From IMG/VR virus record IMGVR_UViG_3300045256_000094: a stretch of 64,000 nucleotides of DNA; one strand, written 5' to 3'. The stretch comes from a virus. Within the stretch, counting starts at the first letter, position 1; every line of letters begins with the position of its first letter. The notes under the pieces were generated by a model. That model saw only the letters and a list, made by a program, of their open reading frames with translations, had not been told where the DNA came from and did not search any database. Shown in pieces: positions 9,217-17,640 of the stretch. Both the position numbers and the translations under genes were made by a program.

Positions 9217-9510
9217 TTACTTGATGAGCATCGACGCCAGCCCGAGTAGCACCGCCATCAGTAGCACGATGATCCCGAACGTCGGCTTCGGCTCGACCTG
9301 GGCCTGCTTGTTCTCGTACTCTTCGGCACAGCGAGGGTCGTAGACGAGGTTGAAGGCCCAATCCAGGTCTTCTTCCGCCAGCCGACCCCAATCTTCGTTG
9401 AGTTCGTAGATCATGGCGAGGACTGCCGCCCTGGTGGCGACTTCTTCCTCGGGTGCTTCCTTTAGGATCAGGATGCCCGTGCGGATCGCATTCCTTACGT
9501 TATCCGGCAC
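9217..9510 (-). CDS. tail-anchored membrane protein, hypothetical
   Basis: It has a C-terminal transmembrane segment. Confidence 0.35.
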   Translation of the reverse strand: MPDNVRNAIRTGILILKEAPEEEVATRAAVLAMIYELNEDWGRLAEEDLDWAFNLVYDPRCAEEYENKQAQVEPKPTFGIIVLLMAVLLGLASMLIK

Positions 9511-9516
9511 TATTGT

Positions 9517-9714
9517 CTACTCCATGACAAGGTTGAGCAGGGCTTCGCAGGCAAGCCAGATCACAGTGAAGACGACGAGCAGCAGGTACGGTATCCACAC
9601 TATGATGGCGAACGACCATATCTGCTTGGCGTATTCCTTAACCGGAGAGCCGTATTCTGGTGGCGTGATCCCACGTTTCAGATGGAACCAGAACCACTTC
9701 AGGACACGCTTCAT
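9517..9714 (-). CDS. small membrane protein
   Basis: The ORF has a hydrophobic core. Confidence 0.3.
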   Translation of the reverse strand: MKRVLKWFWFHLKRGITPPEYGSPVKEYAKQIWSFAIIVWIPYLLLVVFTVIWLACEALLNLVME

Positions 9715-9729
9715 GCTCTCATCCTTAAG

Positions 9730-9802
9730 AGCGGGTGATGAGACTCGAACTCACGACATTCACGTTGGCAACGTGACGCTCTACCAACTGAGCTACACCC
9801 GC
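9730..9802 (-). tRNA. tRNA-Gly (anticodon GCC)
   Basis: It reads GCGGGUG-UA-GCUCAGUUGGUAGAGC. The anticodon loop is UUGCCAA. Confidence 0.75.
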
Positions 9803-9804
9803 AT

Positions 9805-10110
9805 TTACTTCGAATGCTCCCCATGCTCGACGTAGTATAACTCTTCGCCCAGGTCAGGGAACTTCTTCTTGTACTTATCGACCAGGGCGAGCAGCCGTCT
9901 GGTCTGAGCCATCTTCTCTTCGGCCTCGGTCGGCGTCGTCACGCTCTCGATAATCATGTGGACATCGACGAGTTGCCCGTCCATGTTCCAACGTACCGTG
10001 AGCCGGTTCCCCACCAGGGTGACGCCGAACTCCTTACCGACCTTCTGCCTCATCTGTTCCAGAACATAAGCAACTTCCTTGCTATGTTCCATCTCGTAGA
10101 CTGAAGGCAT
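9805..10110 (-). CDS. hypothetical protein
   Basis: ORF only. Confidence 0.35.
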   Translation of the reverse strand: MPSVYEMEHSKEVAYVLEQMRQKVGKEFGVTLVGNRLTVRWNMDGQLVDVHMIIESVTTPTEAEEKMAQTRRLLALVDKYKKKFPDLGEELYYVEHGEHSK

Positions 10111-10127
10111 GTCAGACTCCGATTAAG

Positions 10128-10198
10128 AGCGGCATAGGAGAATCGAACTCCTGTCACTAGCATGGCAAGCTAGGGCACAACCACTATACCAATGCCGC
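10128..10198 (-). tRNA. tRNA-Gly (anticodon GCC), second copy on a different scaffold
   Basis: The acceptor is GCGGCAU and the anticodon loop is UUGCCAU. Confidence 0.65.
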
Positions 10199-10205
10199 AT
10201 CTGAG

Positions 10206-10277
10206 AGGCCCGAGTGGGAATCGAACCCACGATTGACGATTTTGCAGACCGCCGCCTTACCACTTGGCTACCGGGCC
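10206..10277 (-). tRNA. tRNA-Cys (anticodon GCA)
   Basis: U73 is the Cys discriminator. The anticodon loop is CUGCAAA. Confidence 0.7.
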
Positions 10278-10288
10278 ATCACTACTAT

Positions 10289-10750
10289 CTAAGTTATCAC
10301 ACCTGCTTTTTGTTCGCAAGACTGATGAGGACATTTCCCGTAAATGGCAATCGCCATATTACAGTTGTGACACAGCACCCGCAGGTCTTCTCTAATCTCT
10401 TCTCTCCGCAACTTCAAGAACCAAGAGTAGGTGGAGTTTTGGTTTCTACCATACAACGCCCTTCTCTCAACGTTCCCGTCGTTGTTTTTGTGGTCTATGG
10501 CAAGGAACTCGACACGAGCTTCTTGACAACACTCACACTTGCCGCCGTATTTTTCAAGAACCTCGCACTTGATCTTGTGCCGATATTCTTTCTGTTTCGG
10601 CTTAACACGGTCAACGTGTTTGGCATTCCACTCTACAAAGTAACGAAGACACGCTTCGCACTTCTTTCTGCCTTCCTTTGGCTCAGCTTTACCGCATTTG
10701 TTACACAAGCCTGCGGCTTCTAGCTTTTGACGACGATCTGGACTTCCCAT
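10289..10750 (-). CDS. HNH endonuclease
   Basis: The HNH zinc-finger pattern CxxC...FLAIDHKNNDG...CHNCN is present. Confidence 0.65.
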   Translation of the reverse strand: MGSPDRRQKLEAAGLCNKCGKAEPKEGRKKCEACLRYFVEWNAKHVDRVKPKQKEYRHKIKCEVLEKYGGKCECCQEARVEFLAIDHKNNDGNVERRALYGRNQNSTYSWFLKLRREEIREDLRVLCHNCNMAIAIYGKCPHQSCEQKAGVIT

Positions 10751-10765
10751 GTCCTATCTATGCTT

Positions 10766-11152
10766 TCAAGTGCCGTTCGCACTTAAATCTTTACGATTTG
10801 CCACCGTTATGTGAAACTTGTTTCTCCACCACGGGAACGGGGCAAGACCAAGTTCGACCCTGATCTCGCACAACCGCTGGCATTGCACATTCAGCCAGTA
10901 ATACCGTTCGTCCCAGACGATCTCCGGGCTATACTCGATCTCAACCTCGTGACCGTCGTACTTCTTCCACACGTCCATGTTCGGCGGCTGTTCCCGCCGC
11001 ACCACGCTGACGTGAGCCTGATACCGCTGCGGGTTCCGGGGCCACGCCCTCGGGATCAGTGAGCGGTAAAAGTCTGCGATGCCCTGATCGACATTCAACA
11101 CCACCCGATTCGTAGTCGGGCCGTATTCCAGAATGCCGACCGCCTTGTGCAT
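10766..11152 (-). CDS. hypothetical protein
   Basis: ORF only. Confidence 0.4.
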   Translation of the reverse strand: MHKAVGILEYGPTTNRVVLNVDQGIADFYRSLIPRAWPRNPQRYQAHVSVVRREQPPNMDVWKKYDGHEVEIEYSPEIVWDERYYWLNVQCQRLCEIRVELGLAPFPWWRNKFHITVANRKDLSANGT

Positions 11153-11158
11153 CGTTCC

Positions 11159-11617
11159 TCACTTCAGGACGATGATCTCGTCCACAATCTCTGCCCCGCA
11201 CGCCCTGGCGGTGCGGTAAATGTTCGTGGCGGCGTCAAACACCTTCGGCACGAACGTGTACCCTTTCTCTGTCTTCAGGAACATCAGGGAGTCGCCCATG
11301 ATGCTGATGAGCTTGTTGCCCTCTTCCTTCGCCGCTTCGAGCGTGTCGAAGTAATGCGGCACGAAGTCGAAGCCCGTTACCGTCAGGTTGCCCTCTTTGC
11401 GGCTGCCCTGCTTGTAATACTTGGCCTTGAACCGTGCCTTGATGCGAGGTAGTTCTTCGATCATCGGCTCGTAGCTCCAGGGCTTGACCTTCTTGCCGGT
11501 CGCCTTCTCGTGTTCCCGGATGATCCGGTCGGCGACCAGAGTCATCGGGTCGCACGTCGTCTGTCCGTTCATGAACTCAATGTTCATTTGGCGGAACAGC
11601 GGGTCTGTTGTTCTCAT
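11159..11617 (-). CDS. hypothetical protein
   Basis: The start was trimmed to MRTTDPLF so the CDS abuts tRNA-Lys with a 3-nt gap. Confidence 0.45.
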   Translation of the reverse strand: MRTTDPLFRQMNIEFMNGQTTCDPMTLVADRIIREHEKATGKKVKPWSYEPMIEELPRIKARFKAKYYKQGSRKEGNLTVTGFDFVPHYFDTLEAAKEEGNKLISIMGDSLMFLKTEKGYTFVPKVFDAATNIYRTARACGAEIVDEIIVLK

Positions 11618-11619
11618 AG

Positions 11620-11691
11620 TGACCCCGGTCGGACTCGAACCGACAACCTCGGAGTTAAAAGCTCCTTGCTCTGCCATTGAGCTACGGAGTC
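11620..11691 (-). tRNA. tRNA-Lys (anticodon UUU)
   Basis: The anticodon loop is CUUUUAA and the T-arm is GUCGG-UUCGAGU-CCGAC. Confidence 0.7.
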
Positions 11692-11698
11692 AGGTCAC

Positions 11699-11875
11699 TA
11701 GCTCATCCAGCGTGCAGCCGTTGAAGCTGTCGAAGCACTTCTCGCAAACGTCGCCCCGGTCGAACGACCTGTCGAGCTTGACGCCGCAGTCGATGCACCG
11801 TCGAAACAACCAGCGAATCCAGGCTTTGACCTTCCCGCACTCTGTCGGGGTAGAACCCATCTCGAACCAGCCCAT
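11699..11875 (-). CDS. small zinc-ribbon protein
   Basis: It has CIDCG and CEKCFDSFNGC motifs. It lies between two tRNAs. Confidence 0.35.
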
Positions 11876-11877
11876 AG

Positions 11878-11950
11878 TACCCCGTGTCGGGATCGAACCG
11901 ACCGTCTTTCGATTAAAAGTCGAAGCCTTCACCGTTGTAGGAAACGGGGC
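11878..11950 (-). tRNA. tRNA-Lys (anticodon UUU), second copy
   Basis: It has a G1-U72 pair. The anticodon arm is UUCGA-CUUUUAA-UCGAA. Confidence 0.65.
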
Positions 11951-11960
11951 GTGTAAATTT

Positions 11961-12041
11961 AGTCGGGGACCAGGGAAGAAAGAGAATGTGCTTTCGCACA
12001 TCATTAACAGTGATGTATTCCCTTTCAAGCATTCCCCGACT
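11961..12041 (-). ncRNA. non-canonical tRNA-like RNA. It has a 9-bp terminal stem, an Asn-type anticodon stem-loop (CAUCA-CUGUUAA-UGAUG) and a GAAA-tetraloop hairpin. There are no D or T arms.
   Basis: Hand-folded from AGUCGGGGA...UCCCCGACU. Confidence 0.35.
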
Positions 12042-12044
12042 AAG

Positions 12045-12119
12045 AGCGGCTGCCCGGATTTGAACCGGAACCTCCATCTTGGCAAGATGGCGTGCAGAGG
12101 GCCACTACACCACAGCCGC
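12045..12119 (-). tRNA. tRNA-Gly (anticodon GCC), third copy
   Basis: The acceptor is GCGGCUG and the anticodon arm is CCAUC-UUGCCAA-GAUGG. Confidence 0.65.
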
Positions 12120-12345
12120 ATGAGCCTTTCGGCTCTTGTATCAATCACCAATAATCATCAGGATCGGTGCCAGGGGCCACGCCACGAGGGACAGGCCGAA
12201 CAGGAACAACCGACCACCCGGATTCATGTCGTACCACTCACGCTTCGACGCCATGAACACCGTCAGTCCGGCCCACAGGTACACCAGCACGAGAGCGATC
12301 CACATACTCGACTCCATTCGAGGTTTTACTGAATCCATCCGTCAG

Positions 12346-12418
12346 TGGTCTGTGCCGGGATCGAACCGGCCATCATCTGCTTAAGAGGCAGCGCCTTCAC
12401 CATTGTAGGAAACAGACC
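12346..12418 (-). tRNA. tRNA-Lys (anticodon CUU)
   Basis: The anticodon loop is CUCUUAA. It uses the same scaffold as the Lys(UUU) copy at 11878. Confidence 0.65.
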
Positions 12419-12423
12419 TTCAG

Positions 12424-12496
12424 TACCCCGTGTCGGGATCGAACCGACCGTAACCTGATTAAGAGTCAGGCGCTTCACCATTGTAGCAAACGGGGC
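12424..12496 (-). tRNA. tRNA-Lys (anticodon CUU), second copy
   Basis: The anticodon arm is CCUGA-CUCUUAA-UCAGG. Confidence 0.65.
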
Positions 12497-12713
12497 ATGT
12501 TTTGTTCAACTTCGCAACCATCGCCTTCACTTCCTTCTCGACGGCTTCCGTCTCGGCGGCTGACTTCTTGTAGGTGTCACCCACCACGAACTCACCGCCG
12601 CTGACCCGATAGAACCCGGTCTTCTTCCCGTTGAACAGAAGGAAGAAGTACACTTCGTCCATGTAGTAGCCGTAGTCGTCCTTGCAGAACGTCTGCTTCT
12701 CGTAGGTGAACAT
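12459..12713 (-). CDS. hypothetical protein. Its 3' end overlaps tRNA-Lys by 38 nt.
   Basis: ORF only. Confidence 0.35.
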   Translation of the reverse strand: MFTYEKQTFCKDDYGYYMDEVYFFLLFNGKKTGFYRVSGGEFVVGDTYKKSAAETEAVEKEVKAMVAKLNKTCPVCYNGEAPDS

Positions 12714-12722
12714 CCTGTCCTC

Positions 12723-13215
12723 CTAGTGCGAGTAGCTGACGACCCGCAGTCGCTTGTTCTTCGGCATCGTGTTCTTGAACGCATTCAGCATCGCCAGGGC
12801 GATCACCGAGAACCTGTTCTCAGTCCGCTCGGTGTCAGCCACCAGGGCGGTAATCATCTCGTCCAGGGTGAACACGCCCAGGTAGTACCCGTAAGGGTCG
12901 CTGGTGATGTACCCGCTCTCGATGTCGTTCGCCAGTGTGCCCACGTCGCCGGGACAGGCGAGGTTCGCCAGTGCGTCTGGCGTCTCTGCCAGTTCTCGAA
13001 GAAGCTCGACCGCTTCCTCTTGTCGGTCAGGCGTCCGGGGCCAGAGGGCGAACGGCGGGTCGCCGTCACCTTTCTTCTTGATCCGGCTCTGCACCAGATC
13101 GTACACCGGGCCTTCGCCGCACTTGCCGAGTTCGATCATGGCAAGTTCGGTGCCGGTATTCGGGTCGGCGTCTCGGTAGTGTTCTTCAACAACTACAAGG
13201 CGGATTTCATATCCC
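12723..13215 (-). CDS. hypothetical protein
   Basis: It starts at GTG with a GGAGGG RBS. The ORF finder's N-terminus overlaps tRNA-Ala. Confidence 0.45.
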
Positions 13216-13238
13216 ACAGCCAACCCTCCGTGGCGAAG

Positions 13239-13311
13239 TGGAGTGTAAGGGACTCGAACCCATAACATCCTGCTTGCAAAGCAGGCGCTCTCCCAATTGA
13301 GCTAACACCCC
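13239..13311 (-). tRNA. tRNA-Ala (anticodon UGC)
   Basis: It has G3:U70 and the anticodon loop UUUGCAA. Confidence 0.7.
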
Positions 13312-13316
13312 GTCAG

Positions 13317-13388
13317 TGGACCGCCGGGGAATCGAACCCCGATCTTCTGCGTGCAAAGCAGACATGTTCCCGTTGTCACCAGCGGCCC
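13317..13388 (-). tRNA. tRNA-Ala (anticodon UGC), second copy
   Basis: It has G3:U70 and the anticodon arm UCUGC-UUUGCAC-GCAGA. Confidence 0.65.
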
Positions 13389-13705
13389 GTTTTCAGTAGT
13401 TGAAGTCGTCGTCTACCTCTCTGTGGATCAACCAGTCCAGCAGAGCCATCACGGCGAACACTACAATCGCCGGGAGAATCAGTCCTTCCATTACGAAATC
13501 CTTTTCGTTAGTGCGACTGGCTGGTTCGACCCAGCTATCACTACACTGCTTGTCGCCTTCGTGTATACCCTCCGGCGGACAGTGCGGCGATCTCCTCTTG
13601 CCGGAATGGCGAAGGTGTCACACCACACTCGCAGTCGCATTACATGTCCGTGATGTAAACAAACAGCACGGCCATCATCACGAGAACTTCCATTGTTCTC
13701 TCCAG

Positions 13706-13779
13706 TAGCGGTGGTCGGGATCGAACCGACGTACTCCTCGTTATGAGCAAGGCGCTTGAACCAACTCAGCTACACCGCC
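13706..13779 (-). tRNA. tRNA-Met/Ile2 (anticodon CAU)
   Basis: The anticodon loop is CUCAUAA. Initiator versus elongator versus Ile-lysidine identity cannot be decided. Confidence 0.65.
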
Positions 13780-14063
13780 ATCACTAACTCCGGGATCGTC
13801 CCGAAGATGTTTCGCTTGAACTCGTCAGGGTAGTATACCCGATACTCACCTGGGAGCAAGTCCCTTTTTGCTAGGTAGGCTGCCACCGTGCGGTGGTGCC
13901 CGTTGTTTATGACCCAAAGTCCCCCGTCGAGGTTCACGATCTCGATGGGATGGTCGCAGTCGTCGAAGACTCCTCCTTCTTCAACAAACCTGACCATCTC
14001 CGGGATTTGGTCCCGACGCTTCAAAGTACGCTGCGTCGTCCTCAGCGTTTCGAAAGTAAACAA
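13770..14063 (-). CDS. ParB-like nuclease domain protein
   Basis: It carries NGHHRTVAA, which matches the ParB/Srx DGHHR motif. The stop is the UAG formed by tRNA nucleotides 8-10. Confidence 0.5.
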   Translation of the reverse strand: MFTFETLRTTQRTLKRRDQIPEMVRFVEEGGVFDDCDHPIEIVNLDGGLWVINNGHHRTVAAYLAKRDLLPGEYRVYYPDEFKRNIFGTIPELVMAV

Positions 14064-14064
14064 G

Positions 14065-14137
14065 CGAGCCTGACGGGAGTCGCACCCGCAACCTTCCCCG
14101 TGACAGGGGGATGTTCTACTAACCGAACTCCAGGCCC
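14065..14137 (-). tRNA. tRNA-Asp (anticodon GUC)
   Basis: G73 is present. The anticodon loop is CUGUCAC and the T-loop is the unusual UGCGACU. Confidence 0.65.
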
Positions 14138-14141
14138 ATTT

Positions 14142-14369
14142 TCATTCAGGAAGCATATCGTGGACGATACCCTTCCACCCGCACCGGCACTCCGAGCGGT
14201 TCTCATCCTTGTAGTCTTCCTCCCGCCCGATCACCATGATGTAGCCCATGTAAGTCTGGGTCGTCGATCTGGTGGCCTTGCAGTCGGGGCATCTGGCGTG
14301 GGACTTGTAGTACAACTCCCTTGCCAGCTTCGCCTTTGCCCTCATGTCTTCAATGTCGTATTCTTCCAT
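14142..14369 (-). CDS. zinc-ribbon protein
   Basis: It contains CPDC and CRCG motifs. Confidence 0.4.
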   Translation of the reverse strand: MEEYDIEDMRAKAKLARELYYKSHARCPDCKATRSTTQTYMGYIMVIGREEDYKDENRSECRCGWKGIVHDMLPE

Positions 14370-14372
14370 AAG

Positions 14373-14446
14373 CGGCCATACGGGGAATCGAACCCCGACC
14401 CACTGCTTGACAAGCAGGCATGCAGAAACCACTACACCATATGGCC
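14373..14446 (-). tRNA. tRNA-Asp (anticodon GUC), second copy
   Basis: G73 is present and the anticodon loop is UUGUCAA. Confidence 0.6.
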
Positions 14447-14450
14447 GTAT

Positions 14451-14744
14451 TCAAACACCAACAATCCTCAACACCTTCGAGTCCAGCGAACCGGACACTT
14501 CCACTTCGGGCCGCTCGAACTCCCGAGCGATGTACCTGAAGTCGGGATGGTAGCCCGCACCCGGATGCCGAGGCTCGATCTTCACGAACAACCTTGCCCC
14601 ACCCTTGAACCCGCCGTGGCCGTCGTCGTCCCCGTCGCCGGGGAAGAAGATGAACTTCTCGCCGACCTTCAGGTCACGAACCGTAATCGGTTGTGACAGG
14701 GTGTGCTGAAGGAAGTGCAACCCGTCGAGTACACCAGGGTGCAT
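14451..14744 (-). CDS. hypothetical protein
   Basis: ORF only. Confidence 0.35.
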   Translation of the reverse strand: MHPGVLDGLHFLQHTLSQPITVRDLKVGEKFIFFPGDGDDDGHGGFKGGARLFVKIEPRHPGAGYHPDFRYIAREFERPEVEVSGSLDSKVLRIVGV

Positions 14745-14755
14745 GACGTTCTCCG

Positions 14756-15415
14756 TTAGGCGTCAATCGTTTCTCGGAACAACTTCTTGAACGGCTTGCT
14801 GACCTTCACTAAGGGCACCTTGAAGTACCGTTTCAAGAACTCCGGGCTGCTGGTCGAGAGGTAGGCGTGTATCTCGTCCTTCAGGACTTTCCTACAGTAG
14901 CCGCCACTCCCGAGCAGTTTGTTCTCCATCTGGGTCCGGGCCTTCTCGGGCATCTCGGCGACCAGCTTCAGCATCTTCTTCTTGTACGACCCGTTCAGGT
15001 GGTACAAGCCGTGTGCCACTTCATGAGCCAGCGTTGACTCGTAGCTCCACTCGGCGTCCGGTTCGTAGTGGCCGATCACATAGAACGGCTCGCTGCCTCG
15101 GACCTGATCTGCGAGCAGGTCGTACAGCATCTTCTCCTTCTCCAGCAGCATGCCCTCGAAGGACTTGAAGAAGTTCCGAACCACCTGCCCCGGCACGTTG
15201 AACCCGCCCCAATCGAGCGTGTAAGTGAAGTTCCCCGTCTCCTGGGCGTAGCGATCCATGTACTCTTCGAGAGTGAAGACGCATCCCCGAATGCCCCGGA
15301 AGGGCGACTCGTAGAACTCCTGCAATCTCAGGAACGTCGAACACGTCTCGTACTGGTTTCTAAATCTTAGCGACCAGATGCACTTGCGAAGTTCCTTCTT
15401 CTCAACCTCGAACAT
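14756..15415 (-). CDS. putative zinc metallopeptidase (HExxH)
   Basis: It contains the motif LAHEVAHGLYH. Confidence 0.5.
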   Translation of the reverse strand: MFEVEKKELRKCIWSLRFRNQYETCSTFLRLQEFYESPFRGIRGCVFTLEEYMDRYAQETGNFTYTLDWGGFNVPGQVVRNFFKSFEGMLLEKEKMLYDLLADQVRGSEPFYVIGHYEPDAEWSYESTLAHEVAHGLYHLNGSYKKKMLKLVAEMPEKARTQMENKLLGSGGYCRKVLKDEIHAYLSTSSPEFLKRYFKVPLVKVSKPFKKLFRETIDA

Positions 15416-15441
15416 CCATCACGTCCTTGTGATATCTTAAG

Positions 15442-15513
15442 CTCCCCCGCCTGGACTCGAACCAGGAACCTTCAAGTTAACAGCTTGCCGCTCTACCATT
15501 GAGCTACGGAGGA
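15442..15513 (-). tRNA. tRNA-Asn (anticodon GUU)
   Basis: It has U1-A72 and G73. The anticodon loop is CUGUUAA. Confidence 0.7.
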
Positions 15514-15520
15514 ATACATT

Positions 15521-15724
15521 TCAGAGCATGAACTTGATCGCATCGAACCGCACGTTCACGTCGCTCGACTTCAGGTTCCTCAGTGCCTCCTTCTCATGCT
15601 CAGGAAGGGAGTTGAAGAACTCGCCCGGCTTTCCGGTGTCACGCCTGTTGCCCTTCAGGAAGTAGCCCTGCCAGAAGGCACGCTCGGCGGTTTCAATGAG
15701 GACTTTGTTAGGGTCCATGTTCAA
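15521..15724 (-). CDS. hypothetical small protein
   Basis: ORF only. Confidence 0.3.
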   Translation of the reverse strand: MNMDPNKVLIETAERAFWQGYFLKGNRRDTGKPGEFFNSLPEHEKEALRNLKSSDVNVRFDAIKFML

Positions 15725-15732
15725 CCTCTAAG

Positions 15733-15841
15733 TGGGGAGGGTTGGACTCGAACCAACGCCCTTTCCTGATCCACAGGAACGCTCTACTCGGCTTTCGCCG
15801 GTCCACAGGCCGTACCTGTGAGCCGTCTGAGCTACCTCTTC
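15733..15841 (-). ncRNA. long tRNA-like gene (~109 nt). It has normal T and anticodon arms and a ~38-nt two-hairpin insertion in the D-loop. The anticodon loop GUGGAUC is possibly GGA/Ser-like. The acceptor has two A-C mismatches.
   Basis: It reads GCUC-AG[ACGGCUCACAGGUACGGCCUGUGGACCGGCGAAAGCCGAG]UA-GAGC, then UUCCU-GUGGAUC-AGGAA, then GUUGG-UUCGAGU-CCAAC. Confidence 0.35.
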
Positions 15842-15906
15842 GTTTGCGAGATAGGGAAACTAGCCGATACCCTGCTAGTTTTTAGTGGGTGGAAACCCAT
15901 CTCAAG

Positions 15907-15979
15907 TCGGCGGTAAGGGACTCGAACCCCTGATTTCTTGTGTGTAAGACAAGCGCATTGGCCGCTATGCTAACCGCCG
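15907..15979 (-). tRNA. tRNA-Val (anticodon UAC), second copy
   Basis: The anticodon arm is CUUGU-CUUACAC-ACAAG. Confidence 0.65.
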
Positions 15980-16356
15980 TTTAATCTCTCTTCTTCGTGT
16001 ATCCTGGCGTGGCAGTTGCCACAAACCACGATGCACTTATCCATTTCTGCTTGAAGCTTCTCGATGCTCACATGGTTCCTCACCATCAACGAGATCGAGT
16101 CATCTTTATCACCCTTGCAGTGATGAAAGTGCAGACAAGCCGGATGCTTCTCAATGTACTCCGGGTGGTAGTCCACACACTTCACACAAGGATGCTGGAG
16201 CTTGTACTGAAGAACGTAGTCGAGATTCCGCTTCAAGCTGATCTCTCGATGTTTCTTCGCATTCTCCTTCTTGGCTTTTGCGTTCTCAGGATCAGCGTAC
16301 CACTTCTGGTGATACGCCTTCTGGTAAGCCTTCTTCTTCTCTTTACTATATGGCAT
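15970..16356 (-). CDS. HNH endonuclease
   Basis: It contains CVKCVDYH...HFHHC...CGNCHARIH. Its stop is UAG formed by tRNA-Val nucleotides 8-10. Confidence 0.6.
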   Translation of the reverse strand: MPYSKEKKKAYQKAYHQKWYADPENAKAKKENAKKHREISLKRNLDYVLQYKLQHPCVKCVDYHPEYIEKHPACLHFHHCKGDKDDSISLMVRNHVSIEKLQAEMDKCIVVCGNCHARIHEEERLNGG

Positions 16357-16401
16357 ACCATATAGTAGGGTCTTACACTACATTTTTGCAGTGTAAATCT
16401 T

Positions 16402-16743
16402 TCAAATGTCGGGCATGTCTACTGTCTGCCCCGCCAGCGGGTGACTGCAATCACCCAAGAACTCGATCCGGCCGTCTCGAATGTACGAGTGGCACTGATA
16501 GCAGTTGAACGGTGCCGGGTCGTCCGGCCTTTCCGCATTGAAGGTACACCAGCAGCTTCCCTGGTGGTTCGGGATGTAGTGCCCGCACCGGACCAGGAGG
16601 CTCGGGGAGAAGGTCGGCTTCTCCATGTTCCCGTTGAAGTCCCAGCCTGGGACGGCAACGTGGTGACTGTCTTTACAACCCGGACACTGGAACCCGTAAG
16701 TTACCTTCTCCGCAGTTTGACTAACAACGCTCAACTTCGCCAT
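16402..16743 (-). CDS. Cys/His-rich hypothetical protein
   Basis: It contains CPGC, CGHY, CWC and CYQCH motifs. Confidence 0.45.
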   Translation of the reverse strand: MAKLSVVSQTAEKVTYGFQCPGCKDSHHVAVPGWDFNGNMEKPTFSPSLLVRCGHYIPNHQGSCWCTFNAERPDDPAPFNCYQCHSYIRDGRIEFLGDCSHPLAGQTVDMPDI

Positions 16744-16745
16744 AG

Positions 16746-16816
16746 TTGCCCAAGAAGGATTCGAACCTTCCCTAACTGGTTCAGAGCCAGTCGTGCTACC
16801 GCTACACCATCGGGCA
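16746..16816 (-). tRNA. tRNA-Gln (anticodon CUG)
   Basis: It has U1-A72 and the anticodon loop CUCUGAA. Confidence 0.7.
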
Positions 16817-16822
16817 ATAAAG

Positions 16823-16895
16823 CTGCGGAGGAAGGAGTCGAACCTTCATTAGCCTCGTTCAAAGCGAGGGTTCCTACCAATTAGAAGACTCCGCA
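16823..16895 (-). tRNA. tRNA-Gln (anticodon UUG)
   Basis: G73 is present and the anticodon loop is CUUUGAA. Confidence 0.7.
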
Positions 16896-16898
16896 ATG

Positions 16899-17126
16899 TT
16901 ACATGTCGGGAGACATCCGTTGACCGCTCCTCGGCAACTCCCGCTTCTTCTCCGGCTTGTCGGCTGGCTTGAAGGCGAACAACAGTGCGACCAAGATCGC
17001 CAGCGTCACCAGGAAGACCAACAGACCCGCCATCCATGTGTCCCAGAAGCTCGGCTTCCGGGGCGGCGTGTAACCGCCGCATTTCTGGGCGGCAATCACC
17101 GCCCCGATGTTCGTGTAGAAAGACAT
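16899..17126 (-). CDS. small membrane protein
   Basis: ORF only. Confidence 0.3.
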   Translation of the reverse strand: MSFYTNIGAVIAAQKCGGYTPPRKPSFWDTWMAGLLVFLVTLAILVALLFAFKPADKPEKKRELPRSGQRMSPDM

Positions 17127-17139
17127 CCTGTCTCCTTAG

Positions 17140-17210
17140 TTGCCCATGATGGATTCGAACCATCACTAACTGATCCAAAGTCAGTCGTGCTACCATTACA
17201 CCAACGGGCA
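17140..17210 (-). tRNA. tRNA-Gln (anticodon UUG), second copy
   Basis: The anticodon arm is ACUGA-CUUUGGA-UCAGU. Confidence 0.6.
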
Positions 17211-17211
17211 A

Positions 17212-17433
17212 TCAGTAAGTGTTTCCGCCGCAGTTGGTGCAGTAGCCGCCTCCGAACTGGTAGTACACATAGTTCGGGTTCTTACACACGCACCAGCCGT
17301 CTTTGTCCGGCTTGGGCTTCTCCACTTCCTTAACGGGAGGGTGGAGGGCGTTCTGGATCGCCTGGGTTGCCAGTTGGGTCAACTCCTCGGGCGTCCGGCC
17401 ATCGTCCTCGACCGTTACCGTGATCTTAGCCAT
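17212..17433 (-). CDS. hypothetical protein
   Basis: It starts at MAKITV and has a C-terminal Cys cluster. Confidence 0.35.
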   Translation of the reverse strand: MAKITVTVEDDGRTPEELTQLATQAIQNALHPPVKEVEKPKPDKDGWCVCKNPNYVYYQFGGGYCTNCGGNTY

Positions 17434-17617
17434 GATACCGTCTCCTGATCTCGCAGTACCCGCACGAGCGATTCTCGCACATCCAGGTGTTGCTGTCAAT
17501 CAGGCGGTGCATCTCGCTGTTACACTTGGGGCACCGGCCGAGCTTGTACAACATCATCGCCACGAAGTAGGCGGCGAAGATTAAGACTGCGGCCCAAAGT
17601 ATCGGCTGACTCTCCAT
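17426..17617 (-). CDS. small membrane/zinc-ribbon protein
   Basis: It contains CPKC and CGYC motifs. Confidence 0.3.
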   Translation of the reverse strand: MESQPILWAAVLIFAAYFVAMMLYKLGRCPKCNSEMHRLIDSNTWMCENRSCGYCEIRRRYHG

Positions 17618-17640
17618 AAACACATCCTTGTGTTCTAAAG

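Noticed and set aside
11484-12332. Plus-strand ORFs (282 aa and others) across the tRNA array, also e.g. 20076-20423
   Set aside because: They translate the reverse complements of consecutive tRNA genes and are not coding.
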